Positions 23,907 to 35,498 of a stretch of DNA of 64,000 nt are shown here, in pieces. The stretch is taken from contig CM060732.1 of the NCBI GenBank assembly GCA_030704615.1, forward strand, positions 29,078,001 to 29,142,000, written 5' to 3'. A program made the translations under genes and the position numbers. Position 1 is the stretch's first letter. Every line of letters begins with the position of its first letter. The notes below the pieces were generated by a model. That model had not been told where the DNA came from. It saw only the letters and a list, made by a program, of their open reading frames with translations, and made no database searches. Source of the DNA: Takakia lepidozioides. Lineage: Eukaryota > Plantae > Bryophyta.

Positions 23907-23924
23907 AGCTCATCTCTCTCGAGT
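23907..23924 (-). other. Primer-binding site of element 1, complementary to its own terminal repeat
   Basis: AGCTCATCTCTCTCGAGT abuts repeat B and is the exact reverse complement of 24112-24129. There is no TGG tRNA-type PBS. Confidence 0.8.
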
Positions 23925-24278
23925 GATAAGAAAAGCTAAAAGACACACTCTTAACACAAGAAACATGAAATCCATCTTGTCATCACTCTTTCAAATAGAA
24001 GTCGAGCCAGGGGCACCCCAAGCTATGGGGACTCCACCCCACAACAACCTACACTCCCATCATAAGCACACTCAGTCCTGAACGATGAAGGAGCTCGGTC
24101 GCGCAGGCTCAACTCGAGAGAGATGAGCTGTGCGACTGCCGCTCTCGTGAAGATAAGGCGGTTCAGGTGTCAAACTAAACTTGACACCTGATTTAACACT
24201 TGACCTAAATCCAAGTGTTAAATACAAATAACTAGCTTTATTCTAGTTGTTTTCACACTGTGCCTATTTAACTTGACA
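23925..24278 (-). repeat. Element 1 repeat B, 5' copy
   Basis: Matches 5653-6006 and is followed by TCTT. Confidence 0.95.
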
Positions 24279-24987
24279 TCTTAGAAATCCAGAGACCCGC
24301 CGTGTGGTGTTTTGTTTTTTATTTTTAATCATGAAGCGGCGCCTCGGCCAGCCACATGGCGAGGTGCCACGGGTCAGGTTAAACGAAACAAATGGGATGG
24401 GGGGAGGTGGTTTTGAACCCTTGACCTCTCCCATGTGGGTGGGAGTGGCGAGGTGCGACTGGCCTGTCGCGCCTTTTCAAGCATAATGCCATTTTTCTTG
24501 TGGGGGGGGGGCGCTGGTGGGCGCCTATATAAACCATTCCCCCCTCATTTTCTGATCACTTTTGCCCCTTTTGTGGTGCGGTTCCTTGGCATCATGTAGT
24601 CCTTTCGGACTTCGTTGTTTGTCACTGCCAACGGGAGGTGCAAAGGTGATTATTTGGGGGGGGGGAGGTTTTGTCGGTATTCTATTGGTCAGTCCCACAC
24701 ACTTGTTCACGGTACAATCATTGTATCACCATTTTTCCGTTTCCAGATCTCCAGCGGCCTGTTTTTTTGCAGAAAACTACGAAGACTCCATCCACACGCG
24801 TTCATTGCCATTTTTTTGAGGTTTTGGACCATGTAGTGGGCAAATGTTTATACAATGTCGGGGGTTGTGAATTCAAGTTCTGGGGCGGGATCATCTGGGG
24901 GGCGGAGGAAGAGAAAACGTGCCCACGAGGCTGGAGAGTGCTTATGTTAGGCATGGATGGGATGGGTTTCAGATTTTTCAGCAAAAT

Positions 24988-26207
24988 ATGGAGCGGAAAA
25001 TGACAAACGCTTTGGCGGGGGCTAAGTGGACGGTGGACAGGGACAAGCCGAAGTTCAATCGGTGGATCCAAAGCAGGGCGAAAGACACCACGTGGAATTT
25101 GAGGCAGCTAATAAAGACATGGAAGGGTAGAACAACCGAGGGTCGAGTGCCCTCCGCCGAAGCTGAGTTAATGCGGCGTGTTGAGTATTGGGCTTGCTCG
25201 GCAAGTCAGAATTCACATCGCCGGACTAGGGTTGTCCCTTGGAAGGCGGGGTCATCGGGCGGGGGAGGCACAACTGGTCTTTATTACCTGAACTCTATTG
25301 CGAAGGTGGTAGAGATTGGCCCTTACAAAGAAGGAGGGTATGCTAAGGTCCGTCACTGTAGGATTGTTGGTGATTCTAGAATACCGGAGCGTTGGGAGCT
25401 GGCGGGAAAAAAACCCAAGTTCAAAAATCTAGAAAAGACGTTGAAACAACATAAAGACGAGTGTTTGGCAGTGAAGTTCCAACATCCGGGTGTTATTTCG
25501 TATTTTGCTGTGAATGCACGTGAGGTAGAGGGTTACACTCGCTGGTGGAATGGGGGGACAATACGAACCTTGACAGAAAATGGGGCAACGATTCGGACAA
25601 CAGGGTGATTTTGGAACAAAGGGGAACGGAAGCAGAGTTCCAGGAATGCGATCGTTTGCTTCATTTCCGGAAAGTGCGCAGTAAACTTGCATGGGCACTG
25701 GTGTGCATCATGGATGCTGTCCACAAGAACGGTGTCCTGCACAACGACTTGTCCCCCGACAACATGTTGTTGCATTTTCCAGATGGCACCGAGGAGATCA
25801 AGATTGGGGTGTGTGATTGGGGCTTAGCCACCCCATTGGGCATACGCAAAGCCTCGACGTACCAGTTTGAAAACCAAGACAAGCTGGACTGGGAACTCGC
25901 AAAAATATGGTAGGTGGAAAAAGATATTACATCGGTTTTCAATGCGAATGTCATGCCCCCCCTCCCCCATGACATGACGTCGGAGGCCTTTGCCGTTGGG
26001 AAGATAGCGATACGAATAAATGGCGGCGCTCATTATGATCAAAGTATGTTTCAGGACCAATTTACGGGAGGTTGTTGGCATTCAATGCTACAAAGGTTGT
26101 ACGACAACAACAAGAATGAGAAAGTTACATTAGCCCATGTAGTACTTCGGTTCATGGGCAAGCCATTCAATTGGCCTGAGCCGAAAGACGTATATAGGAC
26201 GGAGTAA
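24988..26207 (+). pseudogene. Intronless protein kinase-like pseudogene
   Basis: KEGGYAKV loop, LAGKK, HPGVI, VLHNDLSPDNMLL and VCDWGLA. Frameshift near 25575 and stop at 25911. Confidence 0.85.
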
Positions 26208-27914
26208 ACCATTGTCTCGTAGATATGAGATTTCTGGCGGTACAATGGTTCTTTTATGAAGACATAACTCAATTTTGATCGTGCACGTAATAAATAAAGT
26301 CCCATTGTAAATACTACATTGCATATGCTCGACCTTGGCACCTGTCATCGCAACATAAATGGTTTGTGTACTGGCTCACTGTTTATATTTGTAATGTTCC
26401 AAAGTTTCGGATAGGGTTATGAGAAAACGATGTATTAGTTCCGTATGAGTTAGACAACAAACGTCTCCTCTCATTCAACTGTGCAACACTACCATGAGAG
26501 GCATGGATCGGAAAATAATAGGTGCACATGCAACCTCCGAACGTTTGATACTAGGTCTCTACTTAAACGTGCGGAGGTCGCATGTACACCTATTACTATT
26601 TAATCCATGCCACTCATGGTAGTATCGCACAGTTAAATGAGATATGGAACGTTTGTTGTCTAACTCCTATGGATCCAATATATCATTTTCTCAGTTTCCT
26701 GTCAGAAACATTGAAACATTCACAGTTACAAACAGTGCCACAATACACGGCCGGTTTTGTTGAAATGACATTTGTGAGGTTCGAGCGTATGCAATTTATT
26801 ATTTACAACGGAATTTTATTTATTCGGGGGACCGGTACTGCTGTTGGAGCGCAACTGATGGTGCGAGTTCTCTATTGATTTGATCTGTCACAACCAATGT
26901 CAACAATCATATTTACGGTAAGGTGTTTCATGCTATTGTTGTTCCTCTAGCTGAATTCTGTAGTACTCTTTTTATTATTCCCATGCCAACGTCCTCTGAG
27001 ACTGTCATGTTCAAACAGACGTATCAGCCACCCTCGCCAGCTTGCAAGCTGCAGCCATGGCCCACCATAAATTGAATGAATTGGAAATTTTGTGCGAAGT
27101 TCCTGGTTTCATGTCCGTGGTGGCTGATACAGAATTCGGAATATGGCAGTCGTAGTGGACCTGATGTTGTTGGCATGGGAGTAGCAATACGATTCCTAAA
27201 TAATTCTGCTATATGAACATCGGCAGTATGAAACATCTTGCAGTACATATAATTCTTGAAATTGTTTGCACGGATTATTTGTGTTTGTGCTTTCAAGTGA
27301 CGAACATTTCCACCATGGTGCAGAAGACGTGCATTGGCCACATTAAACAGTTGATGTGATATCATTTCACAAATGTATCACATCGCATTTGTGAAAATGT
27401 ATCACATGAACCGTTCCATGTGGCCTACGGGAGTCTTCGATGGGTACGAGATCAATGTGGCCTACGAGATCTGCTTCCACCAACAAACATGTGATCATTT
27501 CAGAAGCGCTAGAACTTTGAAGCGACGATGGGCAAGGTTCTTCATCCAGATATTCAACATGCTGAGGTCTTCTGTAATGTCTCTTGCTTCATAATGAGGT
27601 GCTTCTCCAACTCTTATTTTTCCAATGCTAATATCTTCCATCTTGAACATATCCCACACATGCGTATATAACTTTAAAAAACAAATGACCATCAAAACTG
27701 GAAACTGGGGATGAGGCTTATAAAAGTTGAGATGGTCATTTATTTTTGTAAGGATTTCTGCACACATATGTGGATCTGTTCCAGGTGGAGAATATTAACA
27801 TATTGGATAAAGTGGACATGGAGAAGCACCGCATTACGATGCAGGAGACACTACAAAAAGAGCTTCAAAGGGCATACCATGTAGCAAGTCCCAGTATAAT
27901 CGAAGACGAAACCC

Positions 27915-28280
27915 CATTCATTCAATATGCGATTGAATGGTTGCCCATCCAAATGATTTTTGTTTGCTTTCAATCTTTGTCACTATGTTCAACATACCAT
28001 GTATCAGGTTTGGACTAATATCAGATCAATCGAAATTCATTCGATGGCTCAACGGATGGTTGGCCATCGAAATGATTTTGGTTCGCTTTGAGACTTGGCC
28101 ACTATGTTCAATGTGTCATGTAAGAGGCCCCAGAGTAATATGAGTTCAATCGAAATTCGTTCAATGGGCCAACGGATGGTTGCCCATCCAAATGATTTTC
28201 GTTCGCTTTGAAACTTGGCCAGTGTGTTCAATGTACCCTCTGATATGGCCCAGTGTAATATGAGATCAATCAAAATTATT
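27915..28280 (+). repeat. Diverged 120 bp tandem repeat, about 3 copies
   Basis: TCAATC(G/A)AAATT recurs at about 28026, 28146 and 28266. GATGGTTG(C/G)CCATC..AATGATTTT recurs with the same period. Confidence 0.8.
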
Positions 28281-28777
28281 TTGTGCTTTGAGAACTTTGT
28301 GGGTATGTTCGTAGAAAGATCATAGATTTTGCAAAATGATTATGAAATACGCAGGGACCAGGCAAAATTTGTTTGGAAGAGGACCGTTCGTAACTCGTTA
28401 TAACTTATTTGTTAACATCAATTTTCCTTGTTCTGCAGCTTTCGGAGTTCATTGCAAATACTCATATACACGTCATGACCAAATATGACACCATTGTAAA
28501 TTTGTTTACAGGGTGAACTACTTCTTCCCCATCACACGAGTGTAAATGTGAAGAAAACGCTGCTCATGCAATTGAAATTGGCAGGTGCCGCACATGTGCA
28601 TTGTGTATTAACAAAATTGGTGATATACAAACTTGGCGGAATGCCATCACTGTGTTTTCCAACAATATTCAAGGTACAACAAAAATGCATATTGTATATG
28701 TACTACGCTGCCAGTCATTAAAAGCCTAGTCGTCAATGTCCGAGGATGTGAAATTTGATGTTGTGGCCTGATTTGCA

Positions 28778-31052
28778 CTACCACTTGCCAGAGCTTTGCG
28801 ACCGTGATCTCGTGGTCAATGAGGGGCCCAATGACATGTGATCAATTCTGGCCTGCATCTGTCTATTTCGCGGCGAAAGTTGACTTTCTTCTTCACTCTT
28901 ACATCGTGGCGGAGGTGGATCGAGAACAAGTGTTCGGACTGCATGCAAATCGGCAACGATGCCGTCCTCATCCGGCAATACAGCCCCCAAAACACGATGA
29001 TAACGGTCTGTCCATAATCGCCTCCATTTCTCTACAACTGCCTTGATGGTACTTTTGAAACTTTCCAACTGCCTCTCACGGGCCCTGTCCCTAATCATTG
29101 TGTCGTTTCGACGATAAGCCGCCTCGTACGCATCATTCATTTGACGTTGACATATTATAACATCTTCCAGTTCGAGACAGCGACAAATGTCTCCCAATCG
29201 GTTGTCGGTCATACAATTCGTTCTCCTCCGGCACCCATGGAACCTGTGGGAGCTGGATAAACCTGGACCTTCTTTGACTCCAATGCCCCTCCCAGATTGC
29301 GGCAAAACTGCTCTCTCTCCCACCAATCTCAAATACCTCCTGCACATATGGTTATCTCCCAATCAGATGTGACCCAGAAATACTGGGGATCTTTGATGTA
29401 TGCCGGGTTTCCGGCATGTATGTCATGCATCTCTCTGTCTGCATCCCATACCAAGTTCTTGCCCCAATGCACACAATTCAGAAATGTGTATGGTAGCCCA
29501 TCCAATAGGAGGTTGTGTCGATTGTATTCAAAACCTATGGGCATCTGATCCTCCAAGCCCACCAGCTCATAGAAACGGCGATGGATTAGTGTACGGCATT
29601 CTGGGCAAGCGCTCGTCCGCAAGGCTTGCGGGATAAGACATGTAAGATGGAACATATGTCCACATGATCCAAGCACATGACATCCCTCTGGGCCGTATGG
29701 ATTCCTACACATCGAACAAACTGTGCCATCTACTATCCATGACGGCAAAACGCCTTGTGGTATCTCCTCCCTCTGGGCCGGTTTGATGTGGTTGGTCATC
29801 CTTGTTGTGGTGTCCCACTCTTCCTCTATCTCCAATTCCCAGTTTATGCTTCTGTTCGACCCCGAAATTCTGTGCTCACATTGATCGAACATAGAATCCA
29901 CATCTGCCCAATTGGTATACCCGGCGAACACGCTTGATGCGATGCGGAGATCGTTATACCTTTGCATGTTGGGTATAAATGCTATCCACGCTACGGTTCG
30001 ACATGCGTGCGACACGTTGCAAGCCTGACTGTGCCCGTTCTACCCGTGCTTCTCTGGAGGCCAAATGGGTCGCCCATTGTACCCAATTCTCCCAATCGCC
30101 ATTCAATGGGACCCATGCCTGAATCTCCAGCGTTTTGGACAAACGTCATGCAGCTGCCATGACAATGTCCTACTCCTTTGTAACGCGATCGACATCTAAT
30201 ATTGGGTTCATCTCCGATTGAATGGCGACCCTCGAGCATTCCCCGATTTCCAGTACTGGTTCTTTTCTTTTCCTCTTTCTCTCATCCGCAATTCGTTGTT
30301 CCTCAACCATGGTTTCATCGGCCACAGGGTCAAGGACTTCCGTAACTTCCTGAATGATGAGGTCAATACTGCGATCGGGCATCACAAACTCCGCGTCCAT
30401 GTCCACGACATTTGTTCGATCCTCATTGTGGACAACAATGCCATCATTGTTTGGAGGCATGTCTTGCAATCTAGCTTCCAACTCGACTATGCGCAGTGTT
30501 TGCCAGTCTAGTTGGTCCTGCAGGGTCCTGATTCGCTGGTCTCTTTCCGCCAGTTGTTCATCTAAAGTTGCAGCCGGTTGTATTCCAAATCGTATAGCCA
30601 CCTTGCGTTCCTCCTACTGGCAGTTTGCCAATTCATTGGACGCAAGAGTATGACCTCCACGTACAACATGGCTGCCAAAGTGTACAGGATTTGACCTTTT
30701 AAGAGAGGATGACCCCACAATGAGCAATGCACCTCATTCGCCCTATGCTGGAAATGCAAGTTCGTGCAAGACTTGGACTCTGCGTAATTGTTTCGGGTTT
30801 GCACGTCATGCCTATCCAAAGGCCACAATCGATAGATGTGATATCATTTCACGAATTTTTTGCATCTTGCCATCGGCCACCAGAACTCTTCCGAAACATC
30901 CTCCCAGCCCTCTTCTGCTAGTATGTTTGGGTCACCAAATACTTCCCAATTCAAGTCTTGCCTTGACCCTTTGATTTTCTTAGGGGCGGTCCATGTTCAT
31001 TGGGGTCATCTCTTCCATGACGGTCATGTCCTGGCCCTCTGTCATTCTACAA
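28778..31052 (-). pseudogene. Coiled-coil plus RING-H2 protein pseudogene
   Basis: A chain of same-strand ORF pieces with an LDEQLAERDQRIRTLQDQL coiled coil and CSMC...SCGHMFHLTC...CPECR. Confidence 0.7.
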
Positions 31053-31413
31053 CAATCGGAGCAACACTAAACAAGGTTTTCTAAAAAGACGTAACTCTAA
31101 ACCCTTCCCCCGTTAAGTAGGTTTGAATAGGTGTCAAAATAGTTCCTAAAAGCTAATTTTGTAGAATAAAATGATCCTGAAAGTCAGAGGAGGGCCTATG
31201 GGAGCATTTTGCAACGACCTTACAGAAATCGCGGCAAAAAATACCCCCCACCTAACCAATGGCCTCCTTCTCCACGTGACTACGTGTCGTGGAATAATGA
31301 AATGTCACGCACACAGAAGTTGTGTTAAGAGGAAGTGAGGGGAGAATAAGCCTCCCTTGGCTTATATCCCCCCGCCCTCATTTCTCGGGCCACGTGCAGG
31401 GCGAATCTTCTAG

Positions 31414-33073
31414 AGGCGACCGCCAACTTCCAGAAATTAAAAAAATAAGCGACCGCCAACATAGGCGGTCGCTTAATTTTTTTTATTAAAAAAAAAAAAA
31501 AAACGACCGCCAGCATAGGCGGTCGCTTCATTTTCAAAACATTTAAAATAAATAAACGACCGCCAACATAGGCGGTCGCTTCATTTTCAAAATAAGCGAC
31601 CACCAACATAGGCGGTCGCTTCATTTTCAAAATAAGAGACCACCAACATAGGCGGTCGCTTCATTTTAAAAAAATTAAAAAAAAAAATAAGCGACCGCCA
31701 GCATAAGCGGTCGCTTACTTATTTTATTTATTAATTAAATGAAGCGACTGCCTATGTTGGCGGTCGCTTCATTTTCAAAAACTTAAAAAACAATAAGCGA
31801 CCGCAAACATAGGCAGTCGCTTCATTTTCAAAACCTTAAAAAAAATAAGCGACCGCCAACATAGGCGGTCGCTTCATTTTCAAAAACTTAAAACAAAAAA
31901 AGCGACCGCAAACATAGGCAGTCGCTTCATTTAAAAAAAAATTAAAAACAATAAGCGACGGCCAGCAAAGGCGGTCACTTCATTTTCAAAACATTTAAAA
32001 TAAATAAGCGACCGCCAACATAGGCGGTCGCTTCATTTTCAAAAACTTTAAAATAAAGAAAGCGACCGCCAACATAGGCGGTCGCTTCATTTTCAAAAAT
32101 TTTAAAAAAGAAAAGCGACCGCCCACATAGGCGGTCGGTTCATTTCTTTAAAAATTAAAAAAAAATAAGCGACCGCCAGCATAGGCAGTCGCTTCATTTT
32201 TTTTTAAATTAAAATAAATAAGCGACCGCCAGCATAGGCGGTCGCTTCATTTTCAAAACATTTAAAAAAAATAAGCGACCGCCCACATAGGCGGTCGCTT
32301 TATTTTCAGAAAATTTAAAAAAAGCGACCGCGAACATAGGCGATCGCTTCATTTTCAAAAACTTTAAAATAAATAAGCGACCGCCAACATAGGCGGTCGC
32401 TTCATTTTCAAAAACTTTAAAACAAAAAAAGCGACCGCAAATATAGGCGGTCGCTTCATTTAAAAAAAAATTAAAAACAATAAGCGACGGCCAGCAAAGG
32501 CGGTCGCTTCATTTTCAAAACATTTAAAATAAATAAGCGACCCCCAACATAGGCGGTCGCTTCATTTTCAAAAACTTTAAAATAAAGAAGCGACCGCCAA
32601 CATTGACGGTCGCTACATTTTTTTAAAAATTAGAAAAAATAAGCAACCGCCCGGTCGCTTCATTTTCAAAAGATTTAAAATAAATAAGCGACCGCCTGCA
32701 TAGGCGGTCGCTGCATTTTCAAAAAATTTAAAAAAAACAAGCAACCGCCAACATAGGCGGTCGCTTCATGTTTTTAAAAATTAGAAAAAATAAGCGACCG
32801 CCAGCATAGGCGGTCGCTTCATTTTCAAAACATTTAAAAAAAATAAGCGACCGCCCGCATAGGCGGTCGCTTCATTTTCAAAAGATTTACAATAAATAAG
32901 CGACCGCCTGCATAGGCGGTCGCTGCATTTTCAAAAAATTAAAAAAAAACAAGCAACCGCCAATATAGGCGGTCACTTCATTTTAAAAAAATTAAAAAAA
33001 ATTAAGCGACCGACAGCATAGGTGGTCGATTCATTTTCAAAACATTTAAAATAAATAAGCGACCGACAACATA
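31414..33073 (-). repeat. Tandem palindrome array, about 55 bp unit, roughly 30 copies, same family as 5275-5546 but opposite orientation
   Basis: AAGCGACCGCCAACATAGGCGGTCGCTTCATTTTC repeats. The last unit is cut by the LTR at 33074. Confidence 0.95.
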
Positions 33074-33798
33074 TGTCGCGGCCCATTGCCTTGAGGGCAG
33101 GGGGGTCGGGACACAAGAGGGGCTGCCCCTGTGGTGGGGGCAGTAGCAGCGATAGGTACGGGGGCTGAAGCACCCTTGAGTGCCCAAGGCACTCAAGGAG
33201 GCGGAGGCGCTCACTAGGTGGAGCCCCGCACACCGGGTTGCGGTGGGGGTGGCTCCACAAGGGGTGGTGGTAGCTTAGCGGAACTTAGTGGGGGTGGCAT
33301 AGGACTCACCATGGGGTGGAGACCTCGAGGTGGGAGTCGTGGGGAGTCTTGGGACTCATCACGGTCCATTGGGGCCGCGGTGAGTGGGTCAAGACTCACC
33401 GCGACTCACCACCGGGAATCGAGGGTCTTCGTGGTGATTCGGCATAAAATGGCATGGCTGGTTGTGAAACCCCCGCGGACAGCTACAGAAGTATATATAG
33501 GGAGTAGTAACCCCGAGAACGGTGCAAGCCCGTTGGTGACCAAAAACTAGTGAGTAAGCGAGCGAGCCGGAAAGCGACCAAAGAGTGGGGAGCTGTTCTG
33601 AACTGCCAACTACCAAAGGGAATTCCCGCTGGTTCCAAATCGGTGGAGGGTTCTTTGGGAGAACAAAGGGGGACCGTTATGCCCCGGTGAGCAGCCGAAG
33701 CTCCAAGTTGGCCCGGCGGCCAGGTTGGGAGTCAGGCGCGCGCATCAAAGCGAGTAACTATGACTTGAGGGGGAGCTTACCGAAGTGAGGTGCGCGAC
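33074..33798 (+). repeat. Element 2 5' LTR (725 bp)
   Basis: 7 bp terminal inverted repeat. About 8 substitutions and 1 indel versus 39322-39873 by eye. Confidence 0.95.
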
Positions 33799-33800
33799 AC

Positions 33801-33812
33801 TTGGTATCAGAG
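33801..33812 (+). other. PBS complementary to initiator tRNA-Met
   Basis: TGGTATCAGAGC, 2 nt after the LTR end. Confidence 0.93.
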
Positions 33813-33854
33813 CTTAGAGTTCAGTGCGCGATCGTCCTTGGGATTGGCCTCATC

Positions 33855-35468
33855 ATGGGGTCGGGCAAGCCGAAGCGAAAGCGGAACGGCCCAAAAGATG
33901 ATGATCCTGGTGAGCCCGATGGGGGCGACGTGTCACCGAGGCGGCCGTTTGAGGAAGCGATGCATGTTTCCGAAAACGAGGCCGCTCAAGAGCGGGAGGA
34001 ATCCGAGGAGTCGGAGCCCGAGGAATCCTTGAGAGCTCCGACAAACCAAGAGATGCCTCCCATGCTGGCAGCCTTTTGGGAAGGGTTGTTGGCGTAGTTT
34101 GGCGGGACGTTGAAATACGTGTTGAAGGCGGCTAATGCCACTTCCACTAAGGCAAAGTTTAAGGTGAAGCCTAAGGAACCCGGCACCTTCGAGGGCGTCC
34201 GAAATCGGAAGGCACTCAACACCTGGCTCCTGGAGCTAGAGCAGTACTTCCGGGCGGCCAAGTTGAGTGACGAGGATCGGGTGGAAGTGGCTCCCACCTA
34301 TTTGAGGGGCTATGCTCAACAATGGTGGTAGAAACGCCTTCACGACCGAGGTCCAAGCCCGGAAACCTTGGACCGGAGTGGGTTCAAGGAATTGATGAAG
34401 AGACAGTTTGTGCCCCTCAACGCGTCCTGGCTTGCCCGGGACAAGATGAGGAATTTGAAGCAAACATATGACATTCGGGGGTATGTCCAGACTTTCAATG
34501 TGCTGTTGCTCGAAGTCGCGGACATGGTAGAACCAGAAATGGTCTTCAACTTTGTGGCAGGACTGGCCCCATGGGCCAAGCAGAAGTTGGAGGAGAAGCC
34601 ACCCAAGACTTTGAACGAGGCAATTGAGAGGGCTGAATGTTTCTCAGATGTCCCTAGGGGTGAGAGACAAGGCCGTACGGAGCTGAACCACAAGAAGACT
34701 CGACGGGGAGGTGACTCCTCCCGACCGGAAAAGAAGTGGGATAGGCAACGCGGCGACAATGGCACGTGGAAATCGAAGGGAGGGCCTTCACACGTCAAGG
34801 CGGCACCCGGTGCTTCGAAAGAAAAAGCGGGTGAAGCGGCTTATGGCGGACAGAAAACGACCTTTGATGGAGTGTGTTTCAATTGCGGGGAGCCCGGGCA
34901 CATGGCCAAGAAGTGCACGAAACCTCGACAATTGAACATGACTCGGGCAACCACGGAGCTGTCGGAAGATACCATCAGTCGCTTGGTGGAAGCGGTGGTC
35001 ACCAGGACTTGCAAGGTAGGCAACTATTCTTGTGAGTTGTATCAGGAAACTGGCGCCCTGCGTAAAGGGAGTCAGTTATTGTTCGTGGATGGGATAATAT
35101 CCGGAACTAACGTGTCGTTGTTGGTGGACACAGGAGCGTCGCACTCCTTCATGACGCCGGCGGCGGCGCAAAAGTTGGGACTCCCGACAAGTGACGTGGG
35201 GGCCTCTATTGAGGTGCGTTCTGCCAAATGAGAACCACAGTTGGCAACAAGGTTGGCGTTTGATGTTCCTCTTCAACTGGGGAGTTGGGAGGGACGTGAG
35301 AACTTCACCATCTGCGAGATCGATGGAGTGGATCTCATTTTGGGGATGACCTTTTTGAGCAAATCCGGAGCGGTCATAGATGGCCGCAAGAGAGTAGTCA
35401 CGCTGCCATGTGGGAATGGTAGCGAGGCCTTACGAGTGTCGGAAACGCCCAAATCCGTGGGAGGGTGA
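33855..35468 (+). pseudogene. Element 2 gag and protease
   Basis: KPKEPGTFEG, CFNCGEPGHMAKKC, LLVDTGASHSF and DLILGM, with several in-frame stops. Confidence 0.92.
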
Positions 35469-35498
35469 ATAAACCTTCTATCAGCAAGGGAGTGGGCC

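Larger units (their letters stand above)
5565..24278 (-). mobile_element. Ty3/gypsy-type retrotransposon with split terminal repeats, DNMT3-like domain and PHD finger (element 1)
   Basis: Ends TGTC...GACA with TCTT on both sides (5561-5564, 24279-24282). Order is gag-PR-C5 MTase-RT-RNaseH-IN-PHD once the internal inversion is undone. Several stops and frameshifts. Confidence 0.9.

Noticed and set aside
5565-24278. Calling element 1 a DIRS/Ngaro element because of its split repeats
   Set aside because: It has a DDE integrase, protease, gypsy-type RT, TG..CA ends and a TSD. No tyrosine recombinase motif was seen.
26990-27900. Possible decayed coding sequence between the kinase and RING remnants
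   Set aside because: Fragmented in all frames and not assignable.
24283-31400. Endogenous giant-virus origin for the kinase and RING cargo
   Set aside because: No capsid, polymerase, packaging ATPase or other hallmark gene is visible.
31414-33073. CRISPR-like look of palindromic repeats with variable linkers
   Set aside because: Linkers are low-complexity A/T variants of each other rather than unique spacers. There are no cas genes and the context is eukaryotic.
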